Positions 7,342 through 10,284 of a stretch of DNA of 10,284 bases are shown one piece after another. Source of the DNA: Pseudobacteriovorax sp. (lineage in GTDB: Bacteria > Bdellovibrionota_B > Oligoflexia > Oligoflexales > Oligoflexaceae); the NCBI GenBank assembly GCA_050293845.1, contig JBNKNM010000201.1, forward strand, positions 1 through 10,284. The letters are read 5' to 3'. A program made the position numbers and the translations under genes. Position 1 is the stretch's first letter. The number at the start of each line of letters is the position of its first letter. The notes under the pieces are model-generated. The model ran no database searches. It was not told the DNA's origin and was given only the letters and a program-made list of their open reading frames with translations.

Positions 7342-9204
7342 TCACATGATGAAGTTGGCAACTTGGTAGGATGGTTTACGGAACGTTATAGTAACTCGGG
7401 TGTGTTTTTCCTTGTGGGTGCTAACGGTCAACTTCCCACCTGTTTTGTCTAGAGCGGCCTTTGCCACAGCTAGTGATAAACCAAACTCAATTTCATGGCC
7501 TCTTGCTGGGGTTGACAAGAGCATGCCCTCCGACAGATTTTCTTTGATAAGCTCTGGAATTCCCATCCCAAAATCTATGATATCAATGCTCACTGTGTCT
7601 TGGCTGATATGCATATTAATCTCAATTTCACCGGAAACGTATGAGTACTTAATAGCATTTTGAATCATAGGTTCCAAAATTAATTCGCATATCCTACTCT
7701 CATTGCTCAGTACATTTACAATAGGTAGTTTTTTCCAGTTTTTTTTAACTGTGATCTGCTTTTTCTTAAGATCAGGTTCAAGTTTAGCTAGACTGTTATC
7801 TAAAGCTTTGTGGATGTTAAGGGATTGAATAGATAGTTTTAGTTTGTTGTTGGTGATAGCCTCAATAAAACGAATTTGGCCAATAAAATGGCTCATCGCT
7901 AAACTTTGCGTTGAAATATAATCCCAGACATTGGGGCACTTTGAGGCAGCAATCGTGTTGCAATACTCTGCATTGCTTAATATAACCGCCAGAGGGTTGG
8001 ATAAATCATGGCACAAAACCCTAACAAGATTCTGTAGATTATAATTTTCGATGTGCTTTATCTTATCCAGAGTTTCATGAAACTTTACTTTTTGACCTAT
8101 GGAAATGGTGAGAACCAGCATCTGAAAACATAGTCCTGCCATTAAGAATTGCTTGGCATGATCTTCGTAGTCTAAAAAAAGATCGGCTGTAAAAATGACT
8201 AATGAAACCAGAAATCCTCCCCAACCAATGGAGTATGCCAGGGCACCGGCTTGTCTACGTCGTGTCGCTGCAATCCCCCATACTGAGATTGTCAAGACAG
8301 AGGGAATACTTCCCAACGTGGTAAAAAGCCAAAAAAGTGATCGATCAAAAAATATCGATAATGCCGGAGAAAAGATAAATGCTATTGCATAGAAGCCCAT
8401 CCAGCTTGATGATCGCGGAAAGTATTTTTCAGCCTCCAACAAATGTTGGGAAAATTTCTGGATAAAGTAGCAAGCTAGGGGAATGAGAAAGGGGGCTGTA
8501 ATAAAAAATGAAATAGGGTTCCCTGACAAATTGGCAAAAATATTTCCGCAAATAATCAATGCCATTATAGTGATAAAAGCAGCGTAAGTGGCATAGTTGG
8601 AGTTGCTTGTTGCTATCCAAAGAAATACATTATGCAAAATCACAACTAGGGAAATTCCGATAAAAATCCAACTTTGAATAGATTCGTAAAAAATAAAGCT
8701 TGTATAGTGGTAACTGTCAAACAGTCTGATTTTTAGTCTTTTATTATATGATTTACATTGGAAATATATCCATGAATTTTCTAGCAAATAAGGCAGTTCC
8801 ACAACAAAAAGTCCCAGGAAATGGGGGGGGGCTTCTGTCAGTGTACCAAACTCCTGCTGAAAGTAAGTCCTATGGTTCTTGGTAACGAGTTTCAAGGTAG
8901 CAAAGGAAAGCAAGTCTGTTACAAAGTACACTTCATTGTGGCTAGGATCTTTTATATGGAAACGGAGCCACTCCCCAGAATGCGAACATACCGGCTGCGA
9001 TTTATCCCAAGGTAGCCAGGACACTGAGCTGTTGCCTTCGGGGGGACTGTTAAGTTGTTTGGGGACGAATTTTTCTCCTTGGACCAATGCAAAACGAATA
9101 GGTTTATCTGGAGAAGCCCATAAGGGATCATATTCTGCTATTATCCAAAGAAATCCCGACATGAGTAATAGGAGGAGATGTTTTTTAAGAAGCAATAATA
9201 TCAT
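7342..9204 (-). CDS. 7TM-DISM-type sensor histidine kinase-like protein with intact H-box but degenerate ATP-binding domain; HK-B
   Basis: Hydrophobic N-terminus, periplasmic domain (WLRFHI), 7TM region (HNVFLWIAT..NYATYAAF, AYSIGWG, FQMLVLTISIGQK). H-box LCHDLSNP (His codon 8008-8010), N-box EPMIQNAIKY, G1 DFGMGIP, G2 reduced to EFGLS (7474-7488). Overlaps the upstream gene by 20 bp. Confidence 0.88.
   Translation of the reverse strand: MILLLLKKHLLLLLMSGFLWIIAEYDPLWASPDKPIRFALVQGEKFVPKQLNSPPEGNSSVSWLPWDKSQPVCSHSGEWLRFHIKDPSHNEVYFVTDLLSFATLKLVTKNHRTYFQQEFGTLTEAPPHFLGLFVVELPYLLENSWIYFQCKSYNKRLKIRLFDSYHYTSFIFYESIQSWIFIGISLVVILHNVFLWIATSNSNYATYAAFITIMALIICGNIFANLSGNPISFFITAPFLIPLACYFIQKFSQHLLEAEKYFPRSSSWMGFYAIAFIFSPALSIFFDRSLFWLFTTLGSIPSVLTISVWGIAATRRRQAGALAYSIGWGGFLVSLVIFTADLFLDYEDHAKQFLMAGLCFQMLVLTISIGQKVKFHETLDKIKHIENYNLQNLVRVLCHDLSNPLAVILSNAEYCNTIAASKCPNVWDYISTQSLAMSHFIGQIRFIEAITNNKLKLSIQSLNIHKALDNSLAKLEPDLKKKQITVKKNWKKLPIVNVLSNESRICELILEPMIQNAIKYSYVSGEIEINMHISQDTVSIDIIDFGMGIPELIKENLSEGMLLSTPARGHEIEFGLSLAVAKAALDKTGGKLTVSTHKEKHTRVTITFRKPSYQVANFIM
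8823..8831. repeat. G9/C9 homopolymer tract inside HK-B
   Basis: The plus strand has nine consecutive G. The coding strand reads GCC CCC CCC CAT (A-P-P-H). Confidence 0.9.
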
Positions 9205-10284
9205 CTGAAGCCTTTAATAACCCGATAACGAAAGTAGTGCCATGGTCTTGGCTCTGTCCCATAGGTTTCGAGTGAACCCGAATGTATCCCCCAAGCCTTT
9301 CTGTAAATAGCTTGGCTAATGGAATGCCAAACCCAGTACCTGTTTCTCCTTCTGTGCCTGTGCGGTGAGAATCCTGGTCATGTTTAAAAATATTACTTAA
9401 TACCTCTTTGGGTATACCGATCCCTTTGTCTGAGATCAAAATTTCTATATATTGCGACTTAGCTTGAATGCGAAGCTTTATGGAGGAGCCTTTTTCAGAA
9501 AATTTTATGGCGTTAGAAATGATATTAGAAAGTATCTGGTGAATTAGAATAGACTTGTTGGCTTTTACCTTAATATCTTTCGACTGATCAGGGCTTATCA
9601 GACTTACTTTCTTTTTTTCCAACTGATATTCAAACAGAAAAAAAAGCTCTTCCACGACCTGTTTGAGAGAAACTGCTGTGATTTCAATGTTTTTCCCATT
9701 AGTAGTTTTATAGCGATTCATCTGTAATGCGACTGAAAGCAATGATTTTAAACTGCGCATGGTTCTTTCTTTTCCTTGTTTTTCTTGATCTGAATTGGGT
9801 TCAAAACAAGTTAGGTACTCGCTTATGGACTGGTGATAGCGCAGTATTTCAGAATGTAGGGAGTTAAGTAGATTAGAAAACGAGGAGTTTTTCTTTTCTA
9901 GTAATCGGGAAACAACTTCAATGTTCTTGTGCCTCAATACAAGGATCATAGAAATAGTTGAGACTTCTATCATTTGACCAATGCGGTAGGAGTTATAAGT
10001 TAATGGATTAATAGGTATTACTTGTAGACGTACGCCACCAAAAATGGCTATTCCTATGAAAAATGCTAACCACGAAAATAAAAACACAACTTTATCATAG
10101 GAAGGCTGCTCAATACAACGCTTTCCTGTCGAATATATACACCATATGGTACAGAGCAGTGTCGAATAAATTGAAAACTGGAGCCTTTGCTCCGAACTCA
10201 GCATAAAAGCAACTGCTGTGACTGTTAGGGAAAGGATGATCACGATCTTGTCTAAGCTACTAAAGGAAGATGAAATATGAGTTT
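9185..10284 (-). CDS. 7TM-DISM-type sensor kinase-like protein with intact ATP-binding domain but no canonical H-box; HK-C; 5'-truncated by the window
   Basis: Frame stays open from GTG 10243 to the window end (..THISSSFSSLDKIV..). The last TM helices are visible (VFLFSWLAFF, GQMIEVSTISMIL). N-box SNIISNAIKF, G1 DKGIGIP, F-box IFKH, G2 TGTGFG and G3 HGTTF are canonical. The H-box-equivalent segment reads LHSEILRY. Confidence 0.88.
   Translation of the reverse strand, partial: THISSSFSSLDKIVIILSLTVTAVAFMLSSEQRLQFSIYSTLLCTIWCIYSTGKRCIEQPSYDKVVFLFSWLAFFIGIAIFGGVRLQVIPINPLTYNSYRIGQMIEVSTISMILVLRHKNIEVVSRLLEKKNSSFSNLLNSLHSEILRYHQSISEYLTCFEPNSDQEKQGKERTMRSLKSLLSVALQMNRYKTTNGKNIEITAVSLKQVVEELFFLFEYQLEKKKVSLISPDQSKDIKVKANKSILIHQILSNIISNAIKFSEKGSSIKLRIQAKSQYIEILISDKGIGIPKEVLSNIFKHDQDSHRTGTEGETGTGFGIPLAKLFTERLGGYIRVHSKPMGQSQDHGTTFVIGLLKASDDIIAS

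Noticed and set aside
1..10284. CRISPR array, tRNA/rRNA, IS/transposase, prophage or anti-phage defence genes
   Set aside because: I saw no spaced direct repeats, cloverleaf, terminal inverted repeats or relevant protein motifs. The similarity between the two window ends reflects paralogous kinase domains, not element termini.
7342..10284. Calling HK-B and HK-C pseudogenes
   Set aside because: No frameshifts or internal stops are visible. The losses are confined to reciprocal catalytic motifs while the overall domain architecture is preserved.

Overview
AT-rich bacterial chromosomal window with eight protein-coding genes; I found no RNA gene, CRISPR array or mobile element. Order: a 7TM-DISM-type sensor histidine kinase (HK-A, <1-1821 +, open at the left edge); a Cys-rich lipoprotein of unknown function behind a sigma28/FliA-like promoter (2173-2982 +); an EntD/Sfp-type phosphopantetheinyl transferase (3007-3717 -); a tag (3-methyladenine glycosylase I) + LtaS/MdoB-family operon (6259-3843 -); a small secreted outer-membrane beta-barrel-like protein (6709-7188 +); and two overlapping 7TM-DISM-type kinases on the minus strand (HK-C, >10284-9185, open at the right edge; HK-B, 9204-7342). 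The gene content suggests a diderm such as Bdellovibrionota/Oligoflexia, but this is inference only. The main observation is that HK-B and HK-C are degenerate in complementary ways. HK-C has a complete ATP-binding domain but Ser where the phospho-accepting His should be. HK-B has an intact H-box but an eroded N/F/G2/G3 ATP lid. Together they are a candidate split or obligate-heterodimer kinase. Also notable: a Fur-box-like site with hairpins between two convergent genes, an Asp-to-Asn change in the PPTase Mg-binding motif, and a G9 tract in HK-B.
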